NCBI GenBank assembly: GCA_963780425.1 | Contig: CAWABZ010000013.1 | Span: forward strand, 68,644 to 132,643 | From: an uncultured Chloroflexia bacterium | GTDB taxonomy: Bacteria > Chloroflexota > Limnocylindria > Limnocylindrales > CSP1-4 | Reading direction: 5' to 3' | Length of the DNA stretch: 64,000 nt | In this document: positions 27,054 to 36,639 of the stretch, piece by piece | How positions within the stretch are numbered: position 1 is the first letter of the stretch | How the letters are laid out: each line of letters starts with the position of its first letter | Notes under the pieces: model-generated | Seen by the model: the letters and a program-made list of their open reading frames with translations, nothing else | Told to the model about the DNA's origin: nothing | Databases searched by the model: none | Program-made: the position numbers and the translations under genes

Positions 27054-28012
27054 GCGCGGTAGGCGACCGGGTCGACGTTGCCACCGCTCACGACGGCCAC
27101 GATGTCACCACCGCCGTCGCCGCCCAACTCCGCGCGATGGAACGTGAGCGCCGCGATCGCCAGCGCGCCCGACGGCTCCACGACCAGCCGCGACCGTTCC
27201 GCCGCGAGCCGGACGCCGGCCGCGATCTCCGCCTCACTGACCGTGACGATCCCGTCGAGGTACGCGCGCAGGTGGGCAAAGGTCAGGGCGCCAAGTGCCT
27301 GGGTCCGCGTGCCGTCGGCGATCGTCCGCGCAACGTCAGCGGCCGACCAACGGACGATCGATCCGGTTGCCAGCGAATCGCGCGCATCAGCCGCGAGCTC
27401 GGGCTCGACGCCGACCACCCGAACGTCCGGGCGCAGGCTCTTGATCGCGGTCGCGACACCGCTCGCCAACCCGCCGCCGCCGACCGGCACCAGCACGAGA
27501 CCCGTCGTCGGCAGGTCCTGGACGATCTCGAGGCCGATCGTGCCCTGGCCGGCGATGATCCGGTCGTCATCGAACGGCGGGATGATCGCCAGACCGCGCT
27601 CCGCCGCGATCGACTCCGCGCGTGCCTGGCGCTCGTCCGACGCGGGACCGACGATCACGATCTCTGCGCCATCGGCGGCCACGCGATCGCGCTTGATCAT
27701 CGGCGCGTCGTCCGGCATGACGATCACTGCGGTCGTGCCCAGCAGACGGGCTGCTCGGGCGACGCCCTGGGCATGGTTACCCGACGAGTAGGTGATGACG
27801 CCCCGGCTGCGATCCTCCGGCGAGAGCGCGGCGATCGCGACATACGCGCCGCGGATCTTGAACGCCCCGATCGCCTGGAGGCTCTCCGCCTTGAGAAACA
27901 CGCGCTCGTCGGGCGATCCGTACGGGACCAGGGGCGTCCGGAGCACGACGCCATCGAGGAGCGCCGCCGCCGCCTCGATCGCCGGCGGACCGACGAGGTC
28001 CTGGCTGATCAC
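27026..28012 (-). CDS. PLP-dependent threonine/serine dehydratase (threonine ammonia-lyase family)
   Basis: The PLP lysine motif is SLQAIGAFKIRGA; also SSGNHAQGVA and the GGGGL loop. The GTG start at 28012 overlaps the upstream stop (GTGA). Confidence 0.85.
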   Translation of the reverse strand: MISQDLVGPPAIEAAAALLDGVVLRTPLVPYGSPDERVFLKAESLQAIGAFKIRGAYVAIAALSPEDRSRGVITYSSGNHAQGVARAARLLGTTAVIVMPDDAPMIKRDRVAADGAEIVIVGPASDERQARAESIAAERGLAIIPPFDDDRIIAGQGTIGLEIVQDLPTTGLVLVPVGGGGLASGVATAIKSLRPDVRVVGVEPELAADARDSLATGSIVRWSAADVARTIADGTRTQALGALTFAHLRAYLDGIVTVSEAEIAAGVRLAAERSRLVVEPSGALAIAALTFHRAELGGDGGGDIVAVVSGGNVDPVAYRAYLEAPLPG

Positions 28013-28353
28013 CGCCTCGCCTTGTCGACGGCGCTCTGGCAGCCGATGCAATGCGCGGCCCACGGCAGCGCCTCGAGGCGCTCCGGAGCGATCGGCTCGC
28101 CGCAGCGCACGCATGTCCCGAATGACCCGTCGGCCAGCCGCGCGAGCGCGGAATCGACGAGCTCGAGCTGCTGCACCGCGCGGTCGCGCAGGGCCAGGTC
28201 GCGCTGCTGTTCGAAGACCTGGCTGGCGGCGGCGGCCTGCGACCCATACGTCATCTGGCCGGGTGCTTGGATCGCCTCGCCGAGCTCGGCGAGCAGGCGC
28301 TTGCGCTCGGCCTCGAGCGCGGAGCGCATCTGGGCGGGATCGATGGTCGCCAT
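28009..28353 (-). CDS. DksA/TraR-family C4 zinc-finger protein
   Basis: 114 aa from MATIDPAQ, with a coiled-coil N-terminus followed by CVRCGEPIAPERLEALPWAAHCIGC. Confidence 0.8.
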   Translation of the reverse strand: MATIDPAQMRSALEAERKRLLAELGEAIQAPGQMTYGSQAAAASQVFEQQRDLALRDRAVQQLELVDSALARLADGSFGTCVRCGEPIAPERLEALPWAAHCIGCQSAVDKARR

Positions 28354-28394
28354 CGAGCGACTGTACCGCCCGGACACGGGAGCCCGTAACGACC

Positions 28395-28413
28395 GTATAC
28401 TCCTGGGGAGTAC
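28395..28413. promoter_or_regulatory. inverted repeat GTATACTCC-TGG-GGAGTAC upstream of the YHS gene (candidate metal-responsive operator)
   Basis: Read directly. The core arms TACTCC/GGAGTA are separated by 3 nt, 16 nt upstream of the YHS ATG and within the divergent promoter region. Confidence 0.3.
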
Positions 28414-28428
28414 CGGAGAGGAGTGCCG

Positions 28429-28599
28429 ATGGACATCGAGATCGATCCCGTGTGCGGGATGGAGGTCGACATGACCACCTCCCTGCTGTCCTTTGACCAT
28501 GAGGGGAAGACATACTGGTTCTGCGGCAAGGGCTGCCTGCTCGACTTCCGTGACGACCCCGAGAAGTACCTGGATCCGGAATACACGCCCTCGATGTGA
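28429..28599 (+). CDS. YHS-domain metal-binding protein (56 aa; below the ORF-track cutoff)
   Basis: Hand translation gives MDIEIDPVCGMEVDMTTSLLSFDHEGKTYWFCGKGCLLDFRDDPEKYLDPEYTPSM*. An RBS (ggagaggag) lies 6 nt upstream. DPVCGM...YWFC..GC..F..DP.KY is the YHS/TRASH pattern. Confidence 0.75.
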   Translation: MDIEIDPVCGMEVDMTTSLLSFDHEGKTYWFCGKGCLLDFRDDPEKYLDPEYTPSM

Positions 28600-28643
28600 G
28601 GGCCGAGCGCGCAACAGACTAGACGGGGGCGCGTCTCCTCGGC

Positions 28644-29282
28644 ATGCGACACACGGTGAAGGGTCCGAGACCCACGATCCTCCTGGGGCTCGTGCTCGCA
28701 ACCAGCGCAGCGTGCACGTCATTGCCTGCGACCTCGACGGTCCCGGCACCCTCGACTGCTGGTGCATCCGCATCTTCGGTCGGGGCGGCTTGTCCGACGC
28801 CTCCGATCACGCTCGATGCGCTGATCCAGCTGGACGCGGAGCGCGGGCCGCTCGCCGTGAGATTTGATGAGGGCGCGACGGTCTATCACGAGCGGGCGCG
28901 TGCCTGCTTCGCCGATACGGAGATCCAGTTCGCTGGCTTCGTGGCATCCCCGGAAGGCAAGGGCGGAGTGATGACTTTCAGTCTTGGCCCCGAGTGGCTG
29001 ACCTACCCGTCGTTCCACGTGCAGCCAAGCGAGGAGGTCCTGTCGCCACCGGCCTTCGGGGCTGGCCCGTTCTTCTCCATCGCGGTCGAGCCAGGACAGG
29101 GAGACCCGACCGCAGCCTTCGTCGGCGGCTGGGTGCGCGTCACGGGCCATTTCGCCGACGCGGCGGCGGCGACGTGCAGCGCTTCCGGTCCCGCGGGATC
29201 GACCCCGACCGTCGAGGAGGCCGTCGCGATCTGCGAGACGACATTCGTGGCGACCGATATCGAGCCGATCACCGCACCCTGA
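28644..29282 (+). CDS. hypothetical lipoprotein
   Basis: The signal peptide has a lipobox-like LATSAAC, followed by a Ser/Thr/Pro/Ala linker. No family was recognised. Confidence 0.6.
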   Translation: MRHTVKGPRPTILLGLVLATSAACTSLPATSTVPAPSTAGASASSVGAACPTPPITLDALIQLDAERGPLAVRFDEGATVYHERARACFADTEIQFAGFVASPEGKGGVMTFSLGPEWLTYPSFHVQPSEEVLSPPAFGAGPFFSIAVEPGQGDPTAAFVGGWVRVTGHFADAAAATCSASGPAGSTPTVEEAVAICETTFVATDIEPITAP

Positions 29283-29500
29283 GCATCCGGCAGATAAGTC
29301 GCAGCTAAGCGGCGATCGCGATACTCGCGGCGGCGGGATCGACCGGGCACTCCTCTGGTGGGGTCGGCCGTCGAGATTGCCGGTCCGGGACCCGGCGGAG
29401 GTCGAGCGTCATGTCGCAGCGCATCCGTCAGTCCCTCGTCGCCCTTCTACCCGTCGTGGCCGCCCTCGTCGGTGACCTCGCGCGTCGCTGGTGACGCCGG

Positions 29501-30331
29501 TCAGGTCCGGCCGCCGGCGACGCCACCCGCCCTGGCACTCACCAACTGGGCGAGGTAGACCGGGATGACCGAGAGGGCGAGGACGATCACGGCCGCGACG
29601 TTCACCAACGGCACCTGTCCCGTTCGTTGGTAGTTACTGAAGATCCAGATCGGCAGTGTCTGGGTGCCCGCCCCTGACGTGAACGTGGTCACGATGATCT
29701 CGTCGAACGACAGGGCGAATGCAAGGAGGGACCCGGCCACGAGCGAGGTCCCGATCGCTGGAAGCGTCACGTGACGGAACGTCTGTCCCGTGTCTCCGCC
29801 GAGGTCCATCGACGCCTCCTCGGTCGATCGCGCGGTGCGGCGTAGCCGCGCGATCACGTTGTTGTAGACGACCACGATGCAGAAGGTGGCGTGGCCGATG
29901 ATGATCGTCGTGAGTCCGAGATCGAAGCCGATCGTCCGGAAGGCGGTGTTGAGGGCGATGCCGGTGACGATGCCCGGAAGGGCGATCGGGAGGATGACGA
30001 CGAATGAGATCGTGTCCCGACCGAAGAAGCGAAATCGATGGACGGCGAAGGACAGCAATGAACCGAGCACGAGCGCGACGATCGTCGCGCCGACTGCCGC
30101 CTGCAGGGACGTCAACAACGACGATCGAACCCCTTGGTCGTCGAGTGCCTTCACGTACCAGTCGATGGTCAGACCGTCCGGAGGCCATCTCGGCACCAGC
30201 CCAGCATTGAACGAGTAGAGGACGATCACGCCGATCGGGATGTAGATGAAGGCGAGCGTCATCGCCGTGGCGATCCGGAGCGCGATCCGCGAGCCGAGGG
30301 AGTTCACCTCAGAGTGCCTCGAACGCGCCAA
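29501..30331 (-). CDS. ABC transporter permease (PotC-like, spermidine/putrescine type)
   Basis: 276 aa with 6 TM segments and an EAA-type loop (EEASMDLGGDTGQTFRHVTLP). Confidence 0.9.
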   Translation of the reverse strand: MARSRHSEVNSLGSRIALRIATAMTLAFIYIPIGVIVLYSFNAGLVPRWPPDGLTIDWYVKALDDQGVRSSLLTSLQAAVGATIVALVLGSLLSFAVHRFRFFGRDTISFVVILPIALPGIVTGIALNTAFRTIGFDLGLTTIIIGHATFCIVVVYNNVIARLRRTARSTEEASMDLGGDTGQTFRHVTLPAIGTSLVAGSLLAFALSFDEIIVTTFTSGAGTQTLPIWIFSNYQRTGQVPLVNVAAVIVLALSVIPVYLAQLVSARAGGVAGGRT

Positions 30332-31160
30332 GGCGCCGGGCGACGGCGAGGTAGATGATCATGATCGCGACCGGGACGAGGGCGTACGCCGCGGCCAGTG
30401 GTTGGTTGACCGAGATGTTGCTGTAGACGACGTTCCCGATGAACTGGCTGCTCGACATGAGTGACGGCACGATGTAGTCGCCGAGGGTGAGCGAGAACGT
30501 GAAGATCGAGCCCGCCACGACCGCCGGCAGAGCGAGCGGCAGGATGACCTTCCGGAACGTGTGTCCACTTCGGGCCCCCAGATCGGCGGACGCCTCGAGC
30601 AGCGAGCTCGGGATGCGCTCGAGCCCGGCGTAGATCGGCAGGATCATGTATGGCAGCCAGAGGTACGAGAAGACGAGCCAGACGGCAACGTCGCCATAGC
30701 CGGGACCCTTGAGGCCCACCGGATCGAGGATCCAGTTGAGGATCCCACCCTCGCTCAGGATGATCCGCCAGGCATAGGCCTTGACGAGATAGCCGGACCA
30801 GAGCGGGAGAAGGATCGAGACGATCAGGATCCCCCGGGTCCGGGGTGAAGCCACCCTGGCCATGTAGTAGGCGATCGGGAAGGCGAGGAGGATGTCCGTC
30901 AGGGTGACCAGCGCGGCAGTGACCACCGTTCGCACCGTGATCGTCCGGTAGACGGGTTCATTCAGCAGGGTCCCGAAGTTGTCCAAGGACGGCTCGGTGA
31001 CGACCTTGCCGCTGAACGGCTCGATGGTCCAGAAGGCCGAGATGAAGAGCAGCGCCAGCGACCCGAGGTAGGCGACGACGAGCCACCCGAGGGGCGCGCC
31101 GAGGAGCGCGCCCAGCTGGACACGCGGATAGCGATACAGCGTGCGCCAGAATCCGCGCAT
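30309..31160 (-). CDS. ABC transporter permease (PotB-like)
   Basis: 283 aa with the EAA loop LLEASADLGARSGHTFRKVILP. Confidence 0.9.
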   Translation of the reverse strand: MRGFWRTLYRYPRVQLGALLGAPLGWLVVAYLGSLALLFISAFWTIEPFSGKVVTEPSLDNFGTLLNEPVYRTITVRTVVTAALVTLTDILLAFPIAYYMARVASPRTRGILIVSILLPLWSGYLVKAYAWRIILSEGGILNWILDPVGLKGPGYGDVAVWLVFSYLWLPYMILPIYAGLERIPSSLLEASADLGARSGHTFRKVILPLALPAVVAGSIFTFSLTLGDYIVPSLMSSSQFIGNVVYSNISVNQPLAAAYALVPVAIMIIYLAVARRLGAFEAL

Positions 31161-31255
31161 CTAGCGTGCGATCACGATCGTGCGCGTGGTCGAGTCTGCG
31201 TCCGATCGGCTTGGGGACCAACGACCGAATGCCGCGATCCCCAAGCCGGCGTCGC

Positions 31256-32503
31256 CTAGCCCTTGATCTCGGTCCAGGCCTGGGTCCACTGCGCGAAGTC
31301 CGTGCAGATGGGGCCCCTGCCGTCGATGCACTCCTTGGACGGCGTGTTCCAGTAGTAGACATCCTCCCAGTACGATTCGTCGGTCGCGTGGAAGGTGTCG
31401 CAGTGGCCCGCGCTCTGCTTCTCGGCTTCAGCGCAGCCCGCCTCGCTGACCGGAGCCTCGCCGAAGAACACGGTCGCCGTTGCGTTCGCGACGGGCGAGA
31501 TGATGTAGTCCATCCACATGTACATGCAGTTGGGGTGCTTGGCTGTCGATGAGATCATCCAGGTGTCCGACCAGCCCGTGCTCCCTTCCTTCGGCTTGGT
31601 CGACTTCACCGGCACCTTGGCCGCCGTCAGCAGATTTGATTGCAGCTGCCACGTGGTCGCGGCGACCATGTCGCCGTTGGTGAACGCATCGACCTGTGCC
31701 TGGACCGCGCTCCAGTACGTCGTGATGTTCTTCCGCTGCTCCTTGAGCAGGTCGACCGCGGCCTGGAACTGCGTCGCGTCGAGCGAATAGGGGTCGGTGA
31801 TCCCCAGTTCGGGCTTGGTGGCCATCAGGTAGACGGCAGCATCAGCGATATAGATCTCGTAGTCGTAGGCGGAGATCTTGCCGGCGTACTTGCTGCCGCC
31901 CTCCCAGACGACGCTCCAGCTATCCGGGTCCGGCTGCACGACGTCGGTCCGCCACATGAGCAGATTGGCTCCACGACCGTGGGGCACTCCGTAGGCGACC
32001 CCATCGACCGTGTTGTGCTTCTGGCCCTTGAGACCGTCGAACACACCCGCATAACTGGGGATGAGGTCGGTGTTCACGGCCGCCACGTCACCGCCGGCGA
32101 CCAGGCGCAGCGTGGCGTCGCCCGAGAAGGCGCCGCCGTCATACTCGCCGGTCTGCATGAGGGCGACCCCGTCGGACGACCCACCGTAGACCTTCGCATA
32201 GACCTTGCAGCCCGTCTGCTCCTCGAACGGCGTGACCCAGTCGGCACCCAGGCCCTGCTCCCCGCCGGTGCCGCCGACCACGTAGTACGGCCACACGGCA
32301 AGGTCGAGGCGGCCTTCACCCGCGCCGACCTCGGTCGGCAGGACCGGTCCGGCACTGGCGGACTCGCTGGGGACCCCGCTCGCCGCCGCACTCGGCTCCG
32401 CTGACGTCGCGGCCGAGGGGGCGCCCGTCGCTCCGCCGCCGCTACATGCTGCTGCGATCAGGGCCAGCGTCGCCAGCCCGACCGAGATCTTCCGTGCGCG
32501 CAT
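31256..32503 (-). CDS. ABC transporter substrate-binding lipoprotein (PotD/PotF-like family 1 solute-binding protein)
   Basis: The lipobox is LIAAACSGG, followed by a low-complexity linker and then a solute-binding fold of typical size. The polyamine assignment rests on operon context. Confidence 0.85.
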   Translation of the reverse strand: MRARKISVGLATLALIAAACSGGGATGAPSAATSAEPSAAASGVPSESASAGPVLPTEVGAGEGRLDLAVWPYYVVGGTGGEQGLGADWVTPFEEQTGCKVYAKVYGGSSDGVALMQTGEYDGGAFSGDATLRLVAGGDVAAVNTDLIPSYAGVFDGLKGQKHNTVDGVAYGVPHGRGANLLMWRTDVVQPDPDSWSVVWEGGSKYAGKISAYDYEIYIADAAVYLMATKPELGITDPYSLDATQFQAAVDLLKEQRKNITTYWSAVQAQVDAFTNGDMVAATTWQLQSNLLTAAKVPVKSTKPKEGSTGWSDTWMISSTAKHPNCMYMWMDYIISPVANATATVFFGEAPVSEAGCAEAEKQSAGHCDTFHATDESYWEDVYYWNTPSKECIDGRGPICTDFAQWTQAWTEIKG

Positions 32504-32539
32504 GCTCGTCCTCCTCCTCGTGCCGATCCGACGGCTCGG

Positions 32540-33586
32540 TCAATCGGCCCCATCCGCGATGGGAAGCTCGTGCTGTCGCTTCCATATCAGGCGGACAGCC
32601 TTGCCTTGCTGCTCGAGCACCTCGGTCGATGTGGTCGTCAGGTTCTGCTCGGTGACGACCAGCCGGGCCCCGGCCTCCAGCTCGACGATGTACCTGGTAT
32701 CGGGGCCGAGATACACGACGCTGGCGATGCGGCCCAGCGCCGATGCCTCGTCCGGCCCGGGAGCGGCGTCGGCCGCGGCGAGCCGGATCTTCTCGGGCCG
32801 GATGGTGAATGTCCCGGTGCGGCCGAGGATCGTTCGAGCGACTTCGGCGGTCAGCAGGTTCGATGTCCCGACGAACCCCGCCACGAACCTGGTGGCGGGC
32901 CGCTCGTAGACATCGGCTGGGGAGCCCAGCTGCTCGATCCTGCCGGCGTTGAACACCGCCAGCCGGTCGCTCATCGTGAGCGCCTCTTCCTGGTCGTGCG
33001 TCACGTAGATGAACGTGATGCCGACCTGCTGCTGGATCGCTTTGAGCTCGATCTGCATCTCCTCGCGAAGCTTGAGATCGAGCGCGCCGAGCGGCTCGTC
33101 GAGCAGGAGCACCCGCGGTCGATTGACCAGCGCACGCGCGAGCGCGACCCGCTGTCGCTGGCCGCCCGACAGCTGGGCGGGCTTGCGCCCCTCGTAGCCT
33201 TCGAGCCGGACCATCCGCAGCGCGTCGGTGACGCGGGCGGTGCGCTCGTTGCGGGGTACCTTCCGGACCATGAGGCCATACGCGACGTTGTCACCCACCG
33301 ACAGGTGCGGGAACAGCGCGTAGTCCTGGAAGACCGTATTGACGTCGCGATCGAACGGCGGCACGCCGGTGACGTCGCGACCGTGGAGCTCGATACGCCC
33401 GACTGTGGGTTGCTCGAAGCCGGCGATCATCCGCAGGGTCGTCGTCTTGCCCGAGCCGGATGGTCCCAGCAACGAGAAGAACTCGCCATCGCGCACGTCG
33501 AGGTCGATGCCTGCCACAGCCACGACGTCGCCATAGCGTTTCTCGACCCCATCCAGGTGGACCGCGGGTGCAGCTCGACGCGGCAT
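32540..33586 (-). CDS. potA: ABC transporter ATP-binding protein (PotA-like, with C-terminal TOBE-type domain)
   Basis: The sequence from MPRRAAP has [35 protein letters not shown] and [11 protein letters not shown]. Confidence 0.9.
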   Translation of the reverse strand: MPRRAAPAVHLDGVEKRYGDVVAVAGIDLDVRDGEFFSLLGPSGSGKTTTLRMIAGFEQPTVGRIELHGRDVTGVPPFDRDVNTVFQDYALFPHLSVGDNVAYGLMVRKVPRNERTARVTDALRMVRLEGYEGRKPAQLSGGQRQRVALARALVNRPRVLLLDEPLGALDLKLREEMQIELKAIQQQVGITFIYVTHDQEEALTMSDRLAVFNAGRIEQLGSPADVYERPATRFVAGFVGTSNLLTAEVARTILGRTGTFTIRPEKIRLAAADAAPGPDEASALGRIASVVYLGPDTRYIVELEAGARLVVTEQNLTTTSTEVLEQQGKAVRLIWKRQHELPIADGAD

Positions 33587-33775
33587 CGGGCATGGCTCGA
33601 CCCGCGTCCGCGTTCGCCGGGTCACGGGTCTCGGTCGGGATGGCCAAACGCCCTCACTCCCGCACGCGCGTTTCAGCCTGGCGTGACGGTGCGCGAACGA
33701 TGCGGCGCGGCCTTGGCGCGTGTCAAGGGTGGGCGCGAGGCGCGACACACGCCCAGCCGGTCATAGACTCGCGCC

Positions 33776-34273
33776 GTGCCGATCCGACGACTTTGGGTGC
33801 TCATGACGACCTTCGTGACCGCGACAGCCTGCGCGTCGGGAGCCCCGGCGGGGACCCCGCCGATCGTGCCCGGCACTGGCGCCGCGCCGCGAGACCTGAA
33901 CCTCATCGCCCGCGACTACGTGTTCAACCCGTCGGTCCTCGATGTCGTGCCTGGCGAGACCGTGAACCTGCATGTGATCAACGGTGGCCTTGACGTCCAC
34001 GAGGCGATCATCGGCGACGCGACGGTGCAGGACGCATGGGAGGTCGCCGAGGCCGCGGCCGCCGATGCGCCACCCGGCCCGACGCCGGCCGTCAGCGTGG
34101 CGCCTGAGCATGCCGGCCTGCGGGTCGTGGTCGCGTCCGGCCAGCGTCTCGACGTGACCTGGACCGTCCCGCTGGCGTCGGAGCCGCTCGTCGTCGGCTG
34201 CCACATCCCCGGCCATTGGGAGAAGGGCATGCACATCCCGGTGCGGTTCGTCGGCCCCACGCCGGCCCCGTGA
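33776..34273 (+). CDS. cupredoxin-domain lipoprotein (putative copper-binding)
   Basis: The lipobox is TATACASG. Candidate ligands are LDVHEAII and [18 protein letters not shown] (Cys-x4-His-x4-Met). Confidence 0.7.
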   Translation: MPIRRLWVLMTTFVTATACASGAPAGTPPIVPGTGAAPRDLNLIARDYVFNPSVLDVVPGETVNLHVINGGLDVHEAIIGDATVQDAWEVAEAAAADAPPGPTPAVSVAPEHAGLRVVVASGQRLDVTWTVPLASEPLVVGCHIPGHWEKGMHIPVRFVGPTPAP

Positions 34274-34364
34274 GTCCGCCTCTCCCGATTCACGCACGGT
34301 GGTACGCTCTTGCCCCGCCCGGAGCGGCCGCCACCGACCTTGCACAGCCCACAGGAGGAACCGG

Positions 34365-34685
34365 ATGACCTACGTGATCGCCGAGCCGTGCATCGACGTG
34401 CTCGACATCTCGTGCGTGTCGGTCTGTCCGGTCGATTGCATCCACTACGAGGAAGGCACGGATCGGAAGCTGTTCATCGATCCGAACGAATGCATCGACT
34501 GCGGCGCGTGCGAGCCCGAGTGCCCCGTGAACGCGATCTTCCCCGAGGAATCGCTGCCGCCCGAGTGGGCCGACTACACCGTCATCGACGCCACCTGGTA
34601 CACGGACAAGGCCGCCGCCCGCGCCGCCGTGGACGCGGCTAAACCCCGGGCTGAGGCCCGCGGCGGCAGGCCTCGACGCGCGTGA
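34365..34685 (+). CDS. fdxA: ferredoxin, 7Fe type ([3Fe-4S][4Fe-4S], FdxA-like)
   Basis: [27 protein letters not shown] ... [16 protein letters not shown]. An RBS (aggagga) lies upstream. Confidence 0.9.
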   Translation: MTYVIAEPCIDVLDISCVSVCPVDCIHYEEGTDRKLFIDPNECIDCGACEPECPVNAIFPEESLPPEWADYTVIDATWYTDKAAARAAVDAAKPRAEARGGRPRRA

Positions 34686-34700
34686 CTCGCCGCTGACGGA

Positions 34701-35633
34701 ATGCGCATCGCGTCCCTTCTTCCGTCGGCTACCGAGATCGTCTGCGCGATCGGGCTCGAGGACGAGCTCGTCGCCGTCACACATGAGTGCGACTGGCCAC
34801 CGGGCGTCGTCGGCAAGCCCGTCGTCACGCGCAGCGTCCACGACCTCAGCGCCATCGGCTCGCGCGACATCCACGCCCGCGTCACCGCCTCGATGCACGG
34901 CGGATCTTCGCTGTACGAGCTCGATGAGGAGGCGCTCGCGGCGGTCGAACCCGACCTGATCCTGACCCAGGAGCTGTGCCACGTGTGCGCGGTCAGCTAT
35001 CGCGAGGTCAACGAGGTCGCCCGCCGGATCGACGCCGACATCACGGTCGTGTCGCTCGAGCCGACATCGATCGAGGGGATCCTGCACACGATCACGACCG
35101 TTGGCGCGATGGCGGAGGTCGAGGACGCGGCGATCGACCTCGTCGAAGGGTTGCGTGCGCGCCTCGGCGCGGTCGAGCAACGGGTCGCGACGCGACGCGA
35201 GGAAGGCCGGCAGTCGCCGCGGGTGGTCGGACTCGAGTGGCTCGATCCGCCGTTCGCGGTCGGTCACTGGGTGCCCGAGCAGATCCGCCGAGCGGGCGGC
35301 TGGGACTTGCTCGGCTCCGACGGCGACACGGCGCACCAGACGACGTGGGACGCCGTCGCCGAGGTCGACCCCGAGATGCTGTTCCTCATGCCGTGCGGGT
35401 TCCACCTCGCCGAGACGATCCACGAGTGGACCGGGACGCCGGTCCCGCCCTGGGTCGCGGAGCTGACGGCGGCTCGGCGCGGCGCCGTCTTCGCGCTCGA
35501 TGGCTCGGCGTACTTCTCGCGGCCGGGTCCGCGCGTCATCGACGGCATCGAGATGCTGGCCGAGATCATGGATCCTGCGGCATTCGTCAACATCGCGCCG
35601 CCCGGCGGCTGGTCGCCTGTCGAGGTGCACTAG
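34701..35633 (+). CDS. periplasmic-binding-protein fold (BtuF/FecB-like, PF01497-type) protein without a signal peptide
   Basis: MRIASLLPSATEIVCAIGLEDELVAVTHECDWP and DPEMLFLMPCG are typical of cobalamin/siderophore-binding-like proteins. No N-terminal signal is seen. Confidence 0.7.
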   Translation: MRIASLLPSATEIVCAIGLEDELVAVTHECDWPPGVVGKPVVTRSVHDLSAIGSRDIHARVTASMHGGSSLYELDEEALAAVEPDLILTQELCHVCAVSYREVNEVARRIDADITVVSLEPTSIEGILHTITTVGAMAEVEDAAIDLVEGLRARLGAVEQRVATRREEGRQSPRVVGLEWLDPPFAVGHWVPEQIRRAGGWDLLGSDGDTAHQTTWDAVAEVDPEMLFLMPCGFHLAETIHEWTGTPVPPWVAELTAARRGAVFALDGSAYFSRPGPRVIDGIEMLAEIMDPAAFVNIAPPGGWSPVEVH

Positions 35634-36591
35634 GTGCCTTTCCGGGCGACCTTCTCGTGCCTGTGGTGTGGCACCGCACATGAGACGCGCTCGACCGACG
35701 ACCTCGAGGGCTGGGCGCAGCTGTGCCCCGCCTGCGTCGGCAAGGCCGGCGACAACCAGTTCCTCCGGTTCCGGTTGCGCCAGGCGCTGAGCGAGCGCTC
35801 GGCGGCGGCGCGGACAGACCCACCCGCGCCCGGTGCCGTGGCTGCAGTCGCGGAGGCGCCGGTGGCTGCTTCGGCGCCACCGTCTCCGGCATCCGTGGCA
35901 CCTGCCGCCACGAACCTCGACCAGGACATGGTGGACTACTACGAAGCGCGCGCCCCGGAATACGACGACTGGTACCTCCGTCGAGGCCGTTACGCACGAG
36001 GTGCGATCCACGACGCGGCCTGGAACGCCGAGCTGGACGCGGCCGGTCGCTGGCTCGATGCCCTGCCGTGGACCGGCGAGATCGTCGACCTTGCTGCGGG
36101 GACGGGTTGGTGGTCTCCGCTCCTGGCATCGCGCGGCGAGCTGTCGCTGTACGACGCATCCCCGACCGCGCTCGATCGCGCGCGCGAGCGGCTGGTCGCA
36201 CATGGCCTGCGCGCCCACCTCCATGTCCGCGACGCGTGGGCAGAGCCGGATCGGCCGATCGACGGCCTGTTCATGGGCTTCTGGCTCAGCCACGTTCCGC
36301 CCGAGCGGCTCACCGACTTCCTGGCGCTGGGACGGCGCTGGCTCAAGCCGGGCGCGCAGCTCGCGTTCATCGATTCGCTGCCGGACCCGGCATCGGGCGC
36401 GGCCGACCATCCCGAACCGGCGCATGAGCGCGCCGTGCGTCGCCTCGACGACGGTCGCGAGTTCACGATCGTCAAGGTCTTCCACGCGACAAGATCAGCT
36501 CGCCGACGCGCTCGCGACGGCCGGCTTCGACGGGATCGAGATCACGACGACCGGCCGCTTCTTCCTGCTCGGCTCGGCTCGGGCTGCCTGA
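35634..36591 (+). pseudogene. zinc-ribbon + class I SAM-dependent methyltransferase, frame broken near 36485-36495 as assembled
   Basis: The N-terminus is CLWCG...CPAC and motif I is IVDLAAGTGWW. The C-terminal ~35 aa (DQLADALATAGFDGIEITTTGRFFLLGSARAA*) are in the frame of ORF 35833..36591. Confidence 0.7.
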
Positions 36592-36639
36592 CGGGCCGGA
36601 CGCCCGGGCGCTCCGGACCCCGTCGCTATACTCCGGCCG

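Noticed and set aside
29283-29500. Small ORFs in the convergent gap after the lipoprotein gene (for example 29358..29558) might be real genes.
   Set aside because: The translations are low-complexity (Ser/Pro/Gly/Ala) with no RBS, and they overlap the 3' end of the PotC-like permease gene. No supporting signal was found.
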